Source: Rhynchobatus australiae (Eukaryota). From it: a DNA stretch of 64,000 nt. How positions within the stretch are numbered: the first letter of the stretch is position 1; each line of letters opens with the position of its first letter. Both the position numbers and the translations under genes were made by a program. Of this stretch, positions 9,331 to 23,099 are shown piece by piece. The notes beneath the pieces are model-generated. The model was not told where the DNA came from. It made no database searches and worked only from the letters and a program-made list of their open reading frames with translations. The stretch covers positions 18,578,273 through 18,642,272 of the forward strand of contig JAUZTB010000027.1 of NCBI GenBank assembly GCA_034780895.1, given 5' to 3'.

Positions 9331-11884
9331 TGCCATTAGGTTATAGTGATAAAGCTCATTTGAAACTGCTTTCAGTGAATTTAGGGTTTATGCAGCCAGA
9401 ATATGATGCCTTTTGCTACTTGAGTTGTGTTCATTTGTCTCCTGCATTCCCACACTTCAGCAGCCCATTGTTGTTTAGGTCCCAATATCTGTCAACCAAC
9501 CATCATCACCACCCAGTTAGGTGCTGTGTCTGACAGACTTGTTTTATTTATGGCAATGGTGAATCAGGGTGGTCTCAATTGGGCACCTTAATAAGGATGT
9601 ATAATTTGGTTAAGAATTTTGTGCTACAACAGAANNNNNNNNNNNNNNGATCATTATGATTTTAGGAAGGTTTGTTCCAAGTTTGTCTTGCAAATAAATG
9701 GCATTGCATTTCATTGGGGTAAATGTGAACTTAAGCAGCTGCCCGAAACATTTCTCAATGGGAAGGTTTGCTTCAACTAAACAACTTGTTTTTCGTTTGG
9801 TCAACTGAAGTCAATCTCATGGTTTCTATTAGGTTAAATGTGAAATTGAAGAATTTGTTAAATATAAGAATTTGATCAGGCATCCCACTAAAATTGGTTT
9901 GAGTATAAACATTTCATGAAATGGATAATGAGTAACGTGCTCTGATCCCAGAATCCCCTAGATCACTTTATAATACACAAATTTTAACCTCAGTAATGAT
10001 GAGTGCACTGGAGCAGGACATTGCCCTTGCTTTCCACATGCATTTATTATTACTTCGGGAAAGGAATGTGCAGAAGGAAGAATTCCAGGGACACAACATT
10101 TTCATGAAATGCACAAAGGGAATATCTACTTTCATAACCATTATGGTTTGTTTAAGAACTGCTCATTATTCATTGCCTGCCACCCAAGTAACAATTGTGC
10201 CTTTCTCTAACCAGATTCTCAGCCATTTGTGGGGAAAACTTGATTATAGAAGGATTTACCCTAATGTGAAGCATTTTAATGACTGAATCATAGAAAAAGA
10301 ACTGCTTCATGTCTAGATGAACTCCACTTGCATTTTCTGCCTGATCCACTGTTTTTGTCATTGGTTTAAAATGATGTAAACTCTGTTGTTTCCCATCTAA
10401 CATTCTCCTTTGACCCCCTGGAAAATAATGACCAAGGACATGACCAAAGGTGGGTCAAGCTTGTTTTTTGATCATTCGTATGGCAGGTGCTGCAGCTGCC
10501 CAGGTACAAAACGATGGCTGATGCCATCCAACAACAAAGACATCATGGGAAATGGCTTTCATTGCTACTGCGACAGAGATGTTTATGACTCCAAGTGTCA
10601 AAACTTAGCCAATTTACATTTCAAGTAGCTATTTGTCCTGTTCATCTTCCATGTGTGTTATGTTGATACCTGAGCAGAGCAGTCCTCTAGTTGGTCAAGG
10701 TTACAGTATATATGAACGATAGGATACTTTACTACAACTGAGTATGGGTTAGTACAGAACATCACAGAGAAAGCCAAAAGTAGTAATGTCATGAGAACAC
10801 ATTTCCAATCATTCTGATTTGAACATAAACTGCTGTTCCTCTATTACTGTTGATAATATCCTAGAATTCTATATACAGTGTTGTGAAAGGAGGCCGAAGA
10901 TAACTCCATCAGCGCTGTAAGGGTTTGTCAATAAGTGTGGGTTTGCCTGTTTTACCCACAAACCAAGAATAGATAATAAAAAGCGTTCTCATCTGTTCTT
11001 CATTAGTTTAAACCTAACTTTCATGTTCTAATGAAAAAAAGTTACATCTTCTTTAACTTCTCAAGGCTTAACCCTCTCTTTTAGTGGGGAGGGATGCTTA
11101 GCAGCATGACACAGCTGAGCAAGGTCACTAAATGTTTGCAAGGTATGAAAAATACAGCGGAGCTTAAGGTTCCTCATGGTCTTTCATATCGTGCTTGAGG
11201 GTTAAAGGTCATTCTGATTATTTTAAAACGTTAATTTAATCTTTTCTTCATTCTTATAGGTTTTTTTGGATCAGATACACATGAGCAATGACAGATGACA
11301 AACTGGTCCCACTCAAATGTGATGCTTGTGCATCAAATCTCTAGGTACTCTTCTCTGTCAGAAAGCTCTGTATTGTTTCAGAGAGTTGTAAGTTTAGGCT
11401 TTTCCCTGAATTTTTATCTACATCTATATTCCATTTTCTAAATTAAGCATTATTTCCCAGTAATTACATCTCGATATACCTGTAGATCTCAGATACCTCA
11501 AACAGCCCTTTCTCACATCTTCATGTCATCTACCATCTTGTAGATAATTTCCTCAATTCTTACACCATTATCATTAATAAAGCTAGTAAACAACAATGGT
11601 ACTAATGTCTACGCCCACAGTGTATCACCAGCAATTAATTTCCATGCAAATACAAATTTAATTACAAACAACTTTCTTCCAAATATCTTTCAGTCAGTTA
11701 TCTCTCCAGTGCCATAGATTGTCACAAACATATGAAGTTTTGATTTTGCAGAGAAGCTTCTCATGTGGTACTTAACCAGAAGTGCTTTAGGAGTTTAGGT
11801 AAACTACAGGCCTATTATTTGATATCCTTTCATTGCAGACTAATATAGAATTTGTATAGTCAATGACTATTGCTGATCAGGAAA

Positions 11885-12120
11885 TTTTTTATTCATTTAT
11901 TCACAGCTTTATTGCCCATTTCTAATTGTTCCTGAACTAGGAAAGTAGTTAAAAGTCAATGTCATTGGTGGGTCTGGTGTCATGTCTAGGTCAGACCTAT
12001 TTCCTTTTCTGAAGGACTTTAGTGATTTTATAACAAATTAGTTGTTTCATGGTTACTGTTAATGAAACTTCTGTTTATGAAAGCAGCATAAAGATTGCGA
12101 GGTTCCCAAAGTGGTATTGT
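11885..12120 (-). mobile_element. tRNA-derived SINE, degenerate
   Basis: Homologous to 14090-14465 (TTTATTGCCCAT..CTAATTG, ATTTCCTT..CTGAAGGAC). Confidence 0.5.
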
Positions 12121-14089
12121 TAAGTTTCCCTGTGTACAACTGTGATGAAACACCATAATTTCAGCTTTCAGATTTGATATCATTGTATTTTCTATCGATA
12201 TATTACAAGCTGTCACTGCTGGCAGAATTTAGCCAGGAGGTGATTTCGACAGCGAACATTTATGCTGCTTAACCTGCTGAGTTCTTCCAGCAGCATGATT
12301 GTTGCATCAAGTTATGAGATGTGTCTGAGATCAGCAGCATCAACCTGGAATGACCCTGAGTTTAGGAACCTTTGAGAAATTGTGACCTTGTCCTCCAAGG
12401 ACAAAGAATTCCAAAATGAGTGAGCTTGTATCTCAAAGTTGCCAGAGGTCTCAGTGAGGACAAAGAATGTAGTTTAAGTATTTGGGCTTAAGTAGAAAGG
12501 TTCAGGGCAAAACATGGTTAGGAAAAGCTGGTTGTTATGTGAATAAATGTGAAGTGTAATTTTTCATAGCAGTGAGGTTGAAAATTTTGCATGTTGCACA
12601 ACTGTTTATGTTATTTTACTCCAGAATGAAATTGCCAGGATAAACAGAAACTCCTGCCAAAATGTCAGGAGTTACATTTCCCAACAAATGATAAGACACC
12701 CAGAAACGTGTATAAAATTGTTCCGGGTTGAGCTGGTTTTCAACTACACAACACTGGAATTTGTTTGGGAGTTGCTTGAATGATTTTTTAGGCCAAGATG
12801 TTTTAGGGAAGGTATTCTTGTTGTTAACTGTAGAAAAGACATCAGCTCTGAAAGCAAAAGCAGAATCGAGAGTGCATTCATCAACAAATCCCTTAGTTAC
12901 AACAGAGTTTTAACATGAAATATCGGAAAGTCTATTTTCCCTGGCTAGGGAGACCATTTATGAGGAGTTATCAGTTTAAATTCTACACTGGGAATGAAAA
13001 GAGTGATTAGGAGAAATTTCTCAGTATAGAGTTATTGGAGCTTTGGGATATTTTGCCAGAGAGTATGATCGAGGGGAGAAAGAATGTTCTGTCAGGAAAA
13101 ATTTTGAAATAGTTGAAGAAACAGGGCAGTAGGGAGGATTAGTTGTGAATTGCTCTATCAAACAGTTAGCACAGACATGATGACCTCCTTTTCTGCTGTA
13201 GACATACATGGATCTTTTCCTTTTGATTTATCTCACAAACCAGAATGAACACTTTTATTAACCTANNNNNNNTCTTATTAACCTTAAATTTTAGAACAGT
13301 ATCTTCAGGTATTTAACAATGAAGAATCTTCAAATTATGTGGGATGGTTTCTTTTGAAGCTATTGAAAGAACAGAATGGCAGTTGTTTATATTGTGGCTG
13401 ACAAATATTGTTTGCTATTATTACTCTACAAAACTGATAGGAAGTTTGGGATTTCATTACCTGTGTGTGCAATTGCAAAAATTGAGATTAGCTCAGACTG
13501 TGCGCTGATGCTGGACTGAACATGGAGTTCAACAAAGGAGTGAGAACTTAGGCTAAATGCCACTGCTTACATAAAGAATCCACTCAAAGACCCTACTCCA
13601 GGTCTGAAGAGACATTAGGAAGGAATGTTTGTGAGGGACCGTGGTAATATTCTGTTAATTGAAAGAGACTTTTCCATAGCTCATTATAAAATCTTTCAAT
13701 GTTTAAAAAATCTAATATTTCTTTCATAACTTTGGATCTTTTTAACCACATTTCAGTTTTTTTCTTAAGCTTTGAAAGCTTTCAATGCCACAATGTTTCT
13801 GAGTGTCTCAGTCCTTCAAAGTATTTATGCAGGAATGAACTGTACAACGGTCTGGCAGAGTCTGGAGGAATACTGCTGTCAGAATTTTTTCTGATTTTTG
13901 AGGTCTGAAGGAAATAGTTTTGACTGCCTCCACTGATATCCCCTCTACATTAAACAACCCAGTAAAGTGGGAGGGCTCTCAACAGTATGACCTCCCGATG
14001 TTTTCTCTAAATTCATAGGGAGAAGATAACTAAATATAGGTACCAATAATATTACTGAGGTTAGCCATAGACACTGTCAACTGGTTTTA

Positions 14090-14465
14090 CTATATTTATT
14101 CATTTTTCAGGATCTGAGTGTTGCAGAAAAGGCCAGTGTTTATTGCCCATCCCTAATTGCCTGTCAACTGAATGGCTTGCAGAGGGCATTTAAGAGTCAC
14201 CCACACTTGGACTTCGGAGTTTTGTTTGAGCCAGACCAGGTAAGGATGGCAGATTTCCTTCCCTGAAGGACATGAATGAAGTTGATGGATTTTAATGTCA
14301 AGCTGTAGTTGTCTGGTCATTGCTACTCATACCTGGCCTTCTTTTTAATTCCAGTTACTAAGTGAACATAAATTCCACAGGTGAGATTTGAACGTAATTC
14401 TCTAGATTGTTTAGTGTAGGCCTCTGGTTTATTAGTCTGGTGACAAGCAATGCAGGACCACCATT
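14090..14465 (-). mobile_element. tRNA-derived SINE with LINE-like tail
   Basis: Minus-strand head has a B-box-like GTTCAAATCTCAC. Body is shared with 11885-12120 and 53540-53660. Confidence 0.55.
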
Positions 14466-16669
14466 TGCAGCATTATGTGGTGCTTCAACTTCTGTGTAGA
14501 TCAAAATAGATTTTGTTCCCAAAATCAGATTCCAAAAGCTTTTGCTGTGGGCCTGCAGTCTGGAAGACTTGACTCTACCTTCACATAAATGCAGAATACA
14601 CAAATGTGGTGAAACAGCACCTGTCCCTTAATTACTCCATTTGTCTTTTGTGCTCTGGTGCAAGGTTGTTACAAATGGGAATGCAGCAGTATCCACAGTT
14701 GCTATCTCTTACTAGTCAAATCAAGTGCGTGATCAGAGTATTCCATTTCAAGTTCTGCTGAAGTCTTATTTTTCCAACTATGATTTTCAGTCACCATTCA
14801 GTTTGAAAACTGTCTGCTACCAAACGGAAAGTAGTTATTTTTTTCAGGTATTCAATTTGATGTAGAACTCTGTTCCCTCCTCTCACTCATTTACACACAA
14901 AGCTAACTGAAGATAGTGTTTGGATGAACAAATTCTATAGATCCTGTGAAGTCCATGTCCCTTGTTAACAATCTTTAAATCTCAAGTTCTGCACTGATAG
15001 CAGAGGAGAAATGGAAAACAAAACAGCTTGAGATGCTGCATTAATAACTTGCTTTAATATAAAGTTTTCCCCAGAGAGCCTAACAAAACCTTCATATGAT
15101 GACAGATAATACTTGGAGGACAAGTAATTTCTACTTTGTCTTCTCTCTTCATCTAGGTAGCATCAAATATCACTGCCATTAGAGGATGTGTTAAGTATTT
15201 TCTAATAAATAACGAAATTCTCTAAATTGCATCTATTGAAATGCCATTCAAAAGTTTGCAGATGAGAGTGTTTGCTTGTTCTGATAATCCTACTCAGTGA
15301 CAGAAAGACAAAGGAAATTATTGGTCTCCTGATGGGGTTTCTAAAAGAAGAGAACAACTTAAGAAAATGCAGATTTATTGGAGTTCATACTATGTGTGTT
15401 TATACAAGTTGATATTTTATATTGCTTTAATATCCTTCTTTGTCTGCATTGTATTTTGGAAACCATATATAAGTATCCTGTAATCCATTGGCTATACTCC
15501 TCATAATATACTATTAATACAGAAAGGGACTTTGACAAGGCAAAGTGAAGCAATGGCAGCACACTCTATTCTAGACCATTGTCTTGCTTGGTGAGCCACA
15601 CAAGTTGGAATTTTGGCCTTTATACTTCAATGCCAATGAAATTTGTGAAACGCATTTGCTGCCAGTGTCGGTTGACAATAATGTGGTAAGTTCATCAAGG
15701 CAATTGCAACAGTGGGACCAAGACTATTTCCATGCCAGGGCTTTTTTTTGTGGCTTGTGATTAGGTTCACAGTATTTGTGGATCCTGGTTTCGNNNNNNN
15801 NNNNNNNNNNNNNNNNNNNNNNNNNNNNNNNNNNNNNNNNNNNNNNNNNNNNNNNNNNNNNNNNNNNGGAGGAGATGACTGACATCACCCTGTGTAGTCT
15901 GGCTTTGATTGATGGCTGCCATGTTCTACATGGTGGGTCTTGGCCTTATGACATATTTGTTGCAGACATTATTGTGGTTTCAGTTTTCCACCCATTGTGC
16001 TTTGCATTTGAAATTTGGTTGGTTGATGGTGGAGTGAGTCCTACAAAGACTTACTTGATTTCAGCCATAGTGGATTGTTGATGATTTTGTGAACTTGGAG
16101 CTTTGGGTTCATCAAGATATGTTCCATTGATCAAAGTGCTTTCCTCTCACTGTAGATCTGAAGAGGTATGTTGCCATTTGGTGGCCACCCCATCATCATC
16201 AATTTTAGCATCTCTGACAGTTCTCTTCTTAGTGTTAGGCTTGAGGAATGAGTGTTTCACAGTGTACTCCCCAACTACGGCAGGACACAATACTTAATGA
16301 TCAGATAGATTAGCATGGGAACTACTGATTTTGGTGTCTTGTCATCAACTTCCCATGATGCTCCAAGGAAGCAATTAGAAATTTGTTAATGCAGAAATAG
16401 ATTTAAAAAACATGTCTTTTTGCAATCCTTAGTGATGAAGCAAAAGGGATACAATGAATATAGTGTTTTGAAATAGTCAAACTTTATTTCACAGTTCCTT
16501 AAGTTGGTTTCAAAACCTGAAATTTATGTGTAGTTTTTAAATCTAATTCACACTCTAGCATGGTTACAGGAAGACAACTAAATTGTAGCCTGTCTGATTA
16601 TTTGTAGTCTGTTGATTTTGATGAAGAGTGAAAGATTATGACATGTAGAATTAGCAGCTAATTCAAACT

Positions 16670-16800
16670 CAAAAATCATAAAATCTGCAAATGCTGGAAA
16701 TCTGAAATAAAAACAGAGATAGAAGCACTCTGCAGTTCCACTTTCTGCTGATACTGCCTGACCTGCTGAGTGTTTCCACAATTTTCTGTTTTTATTTCAA
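16670..16800. mobile_element. Penelope-like inverted terminal pair
   Basis: GCTGGAAATCTGAAATAAAAACAGA followed by the inverted TCTGTTTTTATTTCA and CTGCCTGACCTGCTGAG. Confidence 0.55.
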
Positions 16801-19014
16801 CTAACTGAAACTTTGCTGCTTAGGTTTCTGGGTCGGATCAAACTCAATGAAACCCACTGTCCCGCCACTATCAACCACCCTCCAACCCTCCAGTTCTTTC
16901 TCCACAGCTGCACTTACCTTTCACAACCCTGAGGGACAGATTGACTTTGAAATCTTGATTCTGCAGCTCTCTCAAGAAGCAGAGTTGGCCCCGAGCAGTG
17001 ACACGACCTCCTGCNNNNNNNNNNTGAGCTCCACCATCCCTTCATCCCAGAATGGCCTTCTGACAGCTTGGCAAAGCTTTGTTTCACTACTTTTAAATCC
17101 CTCTGATAATTTAAAACAACTCAAATTAATACATATAATATAAAAAAAGTTATTAAACTGTTTTAAAGTAAAAAATGACTCACAAATGCCTTAAACGACG
17201 AGAAATTAATTAGAAAAAGTAGGTAAAAGAAATGAAAGTAAACTACATGCCTCATTGTTGGTGTGAAAACCTTTCCTGTAACAGCAATTGGCATAAACTT
17301 TAGAGGCCAGAGGCAAAGTGCATTCAGCTCCTGAGCTCAGGTCATCTGTGTTTTGCCACAGTGGTGAGTCCAGTGGTGGAGAGTTTCAATTTACAGGCAC
17401 AGAAGTCAGAGATGAGCTGACCCATGCAGTGCAGTTATTTGGTGGTTCCCTGTGGGAGCCCTGCCTAAAAATCTGTATGTTCTGGTCCATTATCTGGGCT
17501 ATGGTATCAAAGAAAATATATCAGAAAGAACAAAAAGTTTTTTGACCCACAGGGCATATAGATGTTGCTGGGGGTGGAAGGTAATGTTAAGTGTATCTTG
17601 GGATCACTTTTGTCCTCTCTTACAGTGAGAGTATTTGAACTTAAGAATTGGTGGATAACAATTTCTGGATAAATCTAAAGTAAACAATTAGCATATAATA
17701 AGAACATTGAAATACTTTAGAAGACAACTGACTAGCAGCATAGACAGAAAAGTGCCTGATTAATTTTGTAGGAAAATTATAAGAAAAAGGTATTTCAAGA
17801 AGATAATCAAAAATGGAAATATTTAGCTAAAAGATGAAGAAATCTGTGGTTCAAGAAAACTTTATGTTGTCTTTCACAGACCTTATTCAGTTTCGAACAG
17901 TTCAACTTTGATGTTAGAAATAAACCAGTTTTCACTGTGGATATTCATTTAAACTTTGAATCATTTGTCACTTATATTGCTCTTTCACTTTAGAAGCTCT
18001 AAAGCTATGCACAGTAAAAAAAAATGCAGGTTGTGTTTCTTATTAATATGGTTAGAGGGCATGTAGTCACAGTGGAAAAGAATTGCAGATTTTACTTTGT
18101 TTGACTCTTGTTTTTCCACGTGATGAGCTGCACAAAATGAATATGACCAATGTTTTCATCTTGAAATGTCGTATACTTTTTAGCTATTCTATATGAATTA
18201 CTTGCCATGCTATTGAAAACATGTTGAATTAACTATACCTTAGTGATCTGCAACAACAATATTAGAAATGGATTTTTTTAAAGCCTGGGGAATGTGAAAA
18301 GTGGTATTAAAAAATAAATCCGTTACAACCTCAATACATGAGGTCTAAAATATGTGAAGCAGATGTATAAATCTTCTATATCTTAATTTAAAATTCATCC
18401 CATGCGGACAACCCAAAAGGGGTAATGCAGTTTTAATCATATTTCTTTACTTGATTTACTTAAATTGACGTAAGCCCTGCAGTGTTAATTTGTATGGATC
18501 TTCATCACACAGAGAGGGGCTAAAGGTAAAATTATAAGCCAGCGCACAAATTCTGAACACAAGAGACTTGAATTCAGGTAGTTCTGTAGCCTGAATTCAA
18601 GATTTCTTTTTCTTAAAGGCATTACTGATAATCATTTAAAATTCTGAAACAGATTTCTGGAATGTAATTTTAGACAGCATATTGCATAGTTTTTGCAAAT
18701 GGTTATGCCACATAAAATGGAACAGTATTGGAATGACATTTAGATTTCCATGCAGGTTTCAACATTTCAGAGGAAAACCGAATCTGCAAATGTCCTGCGT
18801 AAAATAAGTACTGGGATTGTTAAGGTTTGGGTTGTGTGTGAAGGTAGATTTAAAAGAATGTATTGGATGAGGTACAACTATGGAAAGTCTTTTTATTTGA
18901 AGTTTTTCTCTCAAACTTTGTTCCCTGGCTTTTTGTTTCTCCCTCATTCTCATATTGTCCCACACTCACTCCCTTCCACTCACTCCTCCTCTCATTCTTC
19001 TACTCTCACTCACA

Positions 19015-19185
19015 CTTCACCTTTGGAATTAAGCTCTTTGGTCCATATTTGGACCAAGGCTGTGATGAAGTTCCAGCAAAAAACAAATTGGATATTGGTG
19101 AACAGAATACTGGATGATAAGCATGGCTTGATAATGTAGTTAATGAGACCTTCCATCACTTTGCTGATGATTAAGAGTAGACTGA
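19015..19185 (-). mobile_element. CR1/L2-clade LINE RT fragment
   Basis: ORF 19010-19273 contains ISLLLIISKVMEGLIN...TNIQF...ITALVQIWTKELNSKGEV, a decayed YRPISLL-QFGF RT region. Confidence 0.75.
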
Positions 19186-21054
19186 TTGCCCCATTCCTTC
19201 TTCCAAAATCTCTGGATGAGGAGGTCCTGTGAGCAGCACTGTCTTCCAGTTTTTTCAAGGAAAGCCTAACCATAAACTGATTCCTTTCAGTAAGCTGGGA
19301 TAGTATGCATTAGTAATCACTGTCACTCGCTGATGCTGATTATGGTACAACCACCTCAACAGATCTCTTGGGAAGAAAAGTGAAAGTTTCACTGTAGTAT
19401 GGAACACCAGCGGGCAGTGAAGAATGTTCATAAACACGGTGTCAAAAGAACTAGCTTCAGATGAGAAACACAGTAATCTGGACTAAATGAGGCGTGCTTA
19501 AAAAAAACATTACCTTTTTAAAACAATGTACAACTCTTTACGACTAAATCACTCCTTGCATACACAGAAGGAACATGGTGTGAAATTCCTTGTGATGACA
19601 ATGACTACATGCAAAAACATCCAGGAAAAGAGCACAGCTCTCTGATGCTACAGCTGGCTGTAGCTGTTCAGAATGTCTTGTCTTGGCAATTAAATATTCA
19701 TGCCACTGAGATTGGTCAGCTGCGTCATTTCTTCGGGCCACACTCCACACACCAGCTGTCAATGTAACTTTTTGTCCAGGTTTTGTGCTGTCCAAGTGGA
19801 GACCCAGATCCCTCATCAATTCCATTTCGACAATGCAACTGAACACCCAACTTCTTTTCCTGCCCTCTGAGATAAATGGTGTCATACTGCTGACCTCAAA
19901 CTTGCCCTTTCCGGTTCCATCAAAGTGGCCTTGCTGATAAGCACCATCCTGATCTAAAAGGGTGAGGCCAATAGAAGCAGATGCTCTTTTGCCATGACAA
20001 GACTTTGCCAGCTGCTGAAAATTTCTGAATGTTCCTGATGTTCAAAAATTATATTAAAAAAAATTTAAGCTGCAAACATGTCTAAAAATTTCAATAATTT
20101 AAAATAATATAGAGACTAATCAATTAAAACACCAAAGTAAATTGAATTAATTTTACAAATGAAAATTACCTCATATTTACCTCCCTTTCAGGAACATTGA
20201 AAGTCAGAGAGGTGGGGAATGAGAGGAAGAAGTCAAAATACTGACAAGCTGAGAGAAAGATTCTGGCAAAGGATTGAGTTGTGGCACCTACAGAGTAGCA
20301 AATGGCTGGAAAGGTGGGGGTCAGAATAGTGTCAGAGTGATAGATGGTTTGGAGGATCAATAGATTGGGGTCACATCCTACAACTTAAGTAGGCAGGAAA
20401 TCAAGGTGTCAGAGTCTTGGACTTGGGGGGTGGGGGTAAGCAATCACTTTTGGGGGGAGAAGGAGTCATACAGTTCAGGTGGTTGGCTTACAGCTGATAC
20501 ACTTCTGACCACAAACTTGCCCTTTCCTGTTCTTCAAAGGTGTCTTGCTGATAAGTACTGTCCCAACTGAAAAGGGCAAGGCCAATAGAGGCAGGGCTTT
20601 GCATGCTGTATTGGCATCATGAGGGTGGCCTGAACAAGCCCTGTTCACAAAATGTCTGAAATAAATTGACAGCTGGCAAAGTTGTACATACTGCAGTGTG
20701 ATACTGGGAAGTTACAACTACTCACAGCACAGCATGGTCCAAGTTCTTCAATGTTGCTCCAAAAGGAGCGTTAGGAATGATACCATCCCTTGGCATAGGA
20801 ATTGCATCGGGCTGTAATGATGTCTCATGGAGTGGTGTGAAGTGACCCAGTAATTGTGTTGCACTATGGAAATAATCTCAACTTTCAGTTGCACAAGCCT
20901 GAGAAAAAGAGTATTGTGTGGTTGAAATTTTAAGCAGTTACATTTACAATACCAGAGGGTCCTTAATCTTGGATTTGGATTAGGTTGTATAGTTTTCAAT
21001 AATCATAATATCGTCACCTAGTCTAATGTTGCATCTATTATTGCATGATGTCAT

Positions 21055-21234
21055 AAACCATAGAACCATAGAACCATAGAACCATACAGCACAATACAGG
21101 CCCTTCGGCCCACTATGTTGTGCCGCCCATCAAACCACACCTCAGACCATCTAACCTTTTCCTCCCGCATATCCCTCTATCCCACATTCCTCCATATGCC
21201 TATCCAACAATCTCTTGAACCTGTCCAATGTATC
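21055..21234 (-). mobile_element. CR1 LINE 3' end with (AACCATAG)n tail
   Basis: Tandem 8-mers AACCATAG then CAGCACAATACAGGCCCTTCGGCCCAC. Runs into a gap. Confidence 0.85.
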
Positions 21235-22136
21235 NNNNNNNNNNNNNNNNNNNNNNNNNNNNNNNNNNNNNNNNNNNNNNNNNNNNNNNNNNNNNNNNNN
21301 NNNNNNNNNNNNNNNNNNNNNNNNNNNNNNNNNNNNNNNNNNNNNNNNNNNNNNNNNNNNNNNNNNNNNNNNNNNNNNNNNNNNNNNNNNNNNNNNNNNN
21401 NNNNNNNNNNNNNNNNNNNNNNNNNNNNNNNNNNNNNNNNNNNNNNNNNNNNNNNNNNNNNNNNNNNNNNNNNNNNNNNNNNNNNNNNNNNNNNNNNNNN
21501 NNNNNNNNNNNNNNNNNNNNNNNNNNNNNNNNNNNNNNNNNNNNNNNNNNNNNNNNNNNNNNNNNNNNNNNNNNNNNNNNNNNNNNNNNNNNNNNNNNNN
21601 NNNNNNNNNNNNNNNNNNNNNNNNNNNNNNNNNNNNNNNNNNNNNNNNNNNNNNNNNNNNNNNNNNNNNNNNNNNNNNNNNNNNNNNNNNNNNNNNNNNN
21701 NNNNNNNNNNNNNNNNNNNNNNNNNNNNNNNNNNNNNNNNNNNNNNNNNNNNNNNNNNNNNNNNNNNNNNNNNNNNNNNNNNNNNNNNNNNNNNNNNNNN
21801 NNNNNNNNNNNNNNNNNNNNNNNNNNNNNNNNNNNNNNNNNNNNNNNNNNNNNNNNNNNNNNNNNNNNNNNNNNNNNNNNNNNNNNNNNNNNNNNNNNNN
21901 NNNNNNNNNNNNNNNNNNNNNNNNNNNNNNNNNNNNNNNNNNNNNNNNNNNNNNNNNNNNNNNNNNNNNNNNNNNNNNNNNNNNNNNNNNNNNNNNNNNN
22001 NNNNNNNNNNNNNNNNNNNNNNNNNNNNNNNNNNNNNNNNNNNNNNNNNNNNNNNNNNNNNNNNNNNNNNNNNNNNNNNNNNNNNNNNNNNNNNNNNNNN
22101 NNNNNNNNNNNNNNNNNNNNNNNNNNNNNNNNNNNN

Positions 22137-22440
22137 GTCAGAGACTTTTTCCCAGGGCGACAATGGCTAACACGAGGGGACATAATTGTAAGGTGATTGG
22201 GGGAAGATATAAGGGGGATGTCAGGGGTAAGTTTTTTACACAGAGAGTGGTGGGTTCGTGGAGCGCTCTGCTGGCAGAGGTTGTGGCGGCAGATACATTA
22301 GGGACATTTAAGAGAATCTTAGATAGACACACGAATGATAGTAAAATGGAGGCTATGTGGGAGGGAAGGGTAAGATAGATCTTAGAGCAGGATAAAATGT
22401 CGGCACAACGTTGTGGGCCGAAGGGCCTGTAATGTTCTAT
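22137..22440 (+). mobile_element. CR1 LINE 3' end
   Basis: LFPR...NTRGH..KV.G.R...DVRGKFFTQRVVGSWSAL, then the GGGCCGAAGGGCCTGT...TGTTCTATG tail. Confidence 0.9.
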
Positions 22441-23099
22441 GGTGAATTTTGTAATTTAAAGCATTCACTATCACTGCAATTAAATTTGCAAATGCTAAGT
22501 TAAAAATTTCAGCTGCATTTGGGTACTTTATAAATAATGGCTAATTCCGATTAGAATGCAGTGAAATTAGATTTTGGACTCCAGCTTGCATTTGATGGGG
22601 GATTTAAGTTTCTCTTATCTATATCATGATGTAATATTGTACCATGGGGTCAAATTGTTAATATTTAGCAATCTTCCGTTTACAGACCTACAAAAGTTGA
22701 TTATCAATATAACTGATCAAATTGATTATTAATGCAGAAATACATATTTTGTTAACCCTTTGAATATTTAGTATATTCCTTTCATTGGTACTTCATTTTA
22801 CTAATACCTGATATAGCAGAATCATCGCGTCATTGTATATTCGTATTATATAAAGTTTTGGTCCTGGTTCCAGTTAGAAAAGGTTTTAGTTTGCAAAGAA
22901 AATCCTTTAATTTTGATACTGGTGATCTTTCTTTTAGTTGAATGATACTCAACTGCATTCTATTCATATGTATTTTAGATGATATTAAATATTAAAAGGT
23001 TGTGAGTACTATAGTATTAGAAATTATAAGAAGATGAATAACCATTAGTAATGACAATTCTAACAGTACAAAATTTGGGATAATACCATGCAGATGTAT

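Noticed and set aside
19544-19885. FACSHCHHKEF zinc-finger-like motif as possible ZNF276
   Set aside because: No correctly spaced His pair, wrong strand for a divergent partner, and no similarity to ZNF276 as I recall it.
21115-22378. Long ORFs in the track (also 6419-7140, 39636-40276, 53690-53963, 54648-54890)
   Set aside because: They are open only because N gaps translate as X; the flanks are repeat or non-coding sequence.
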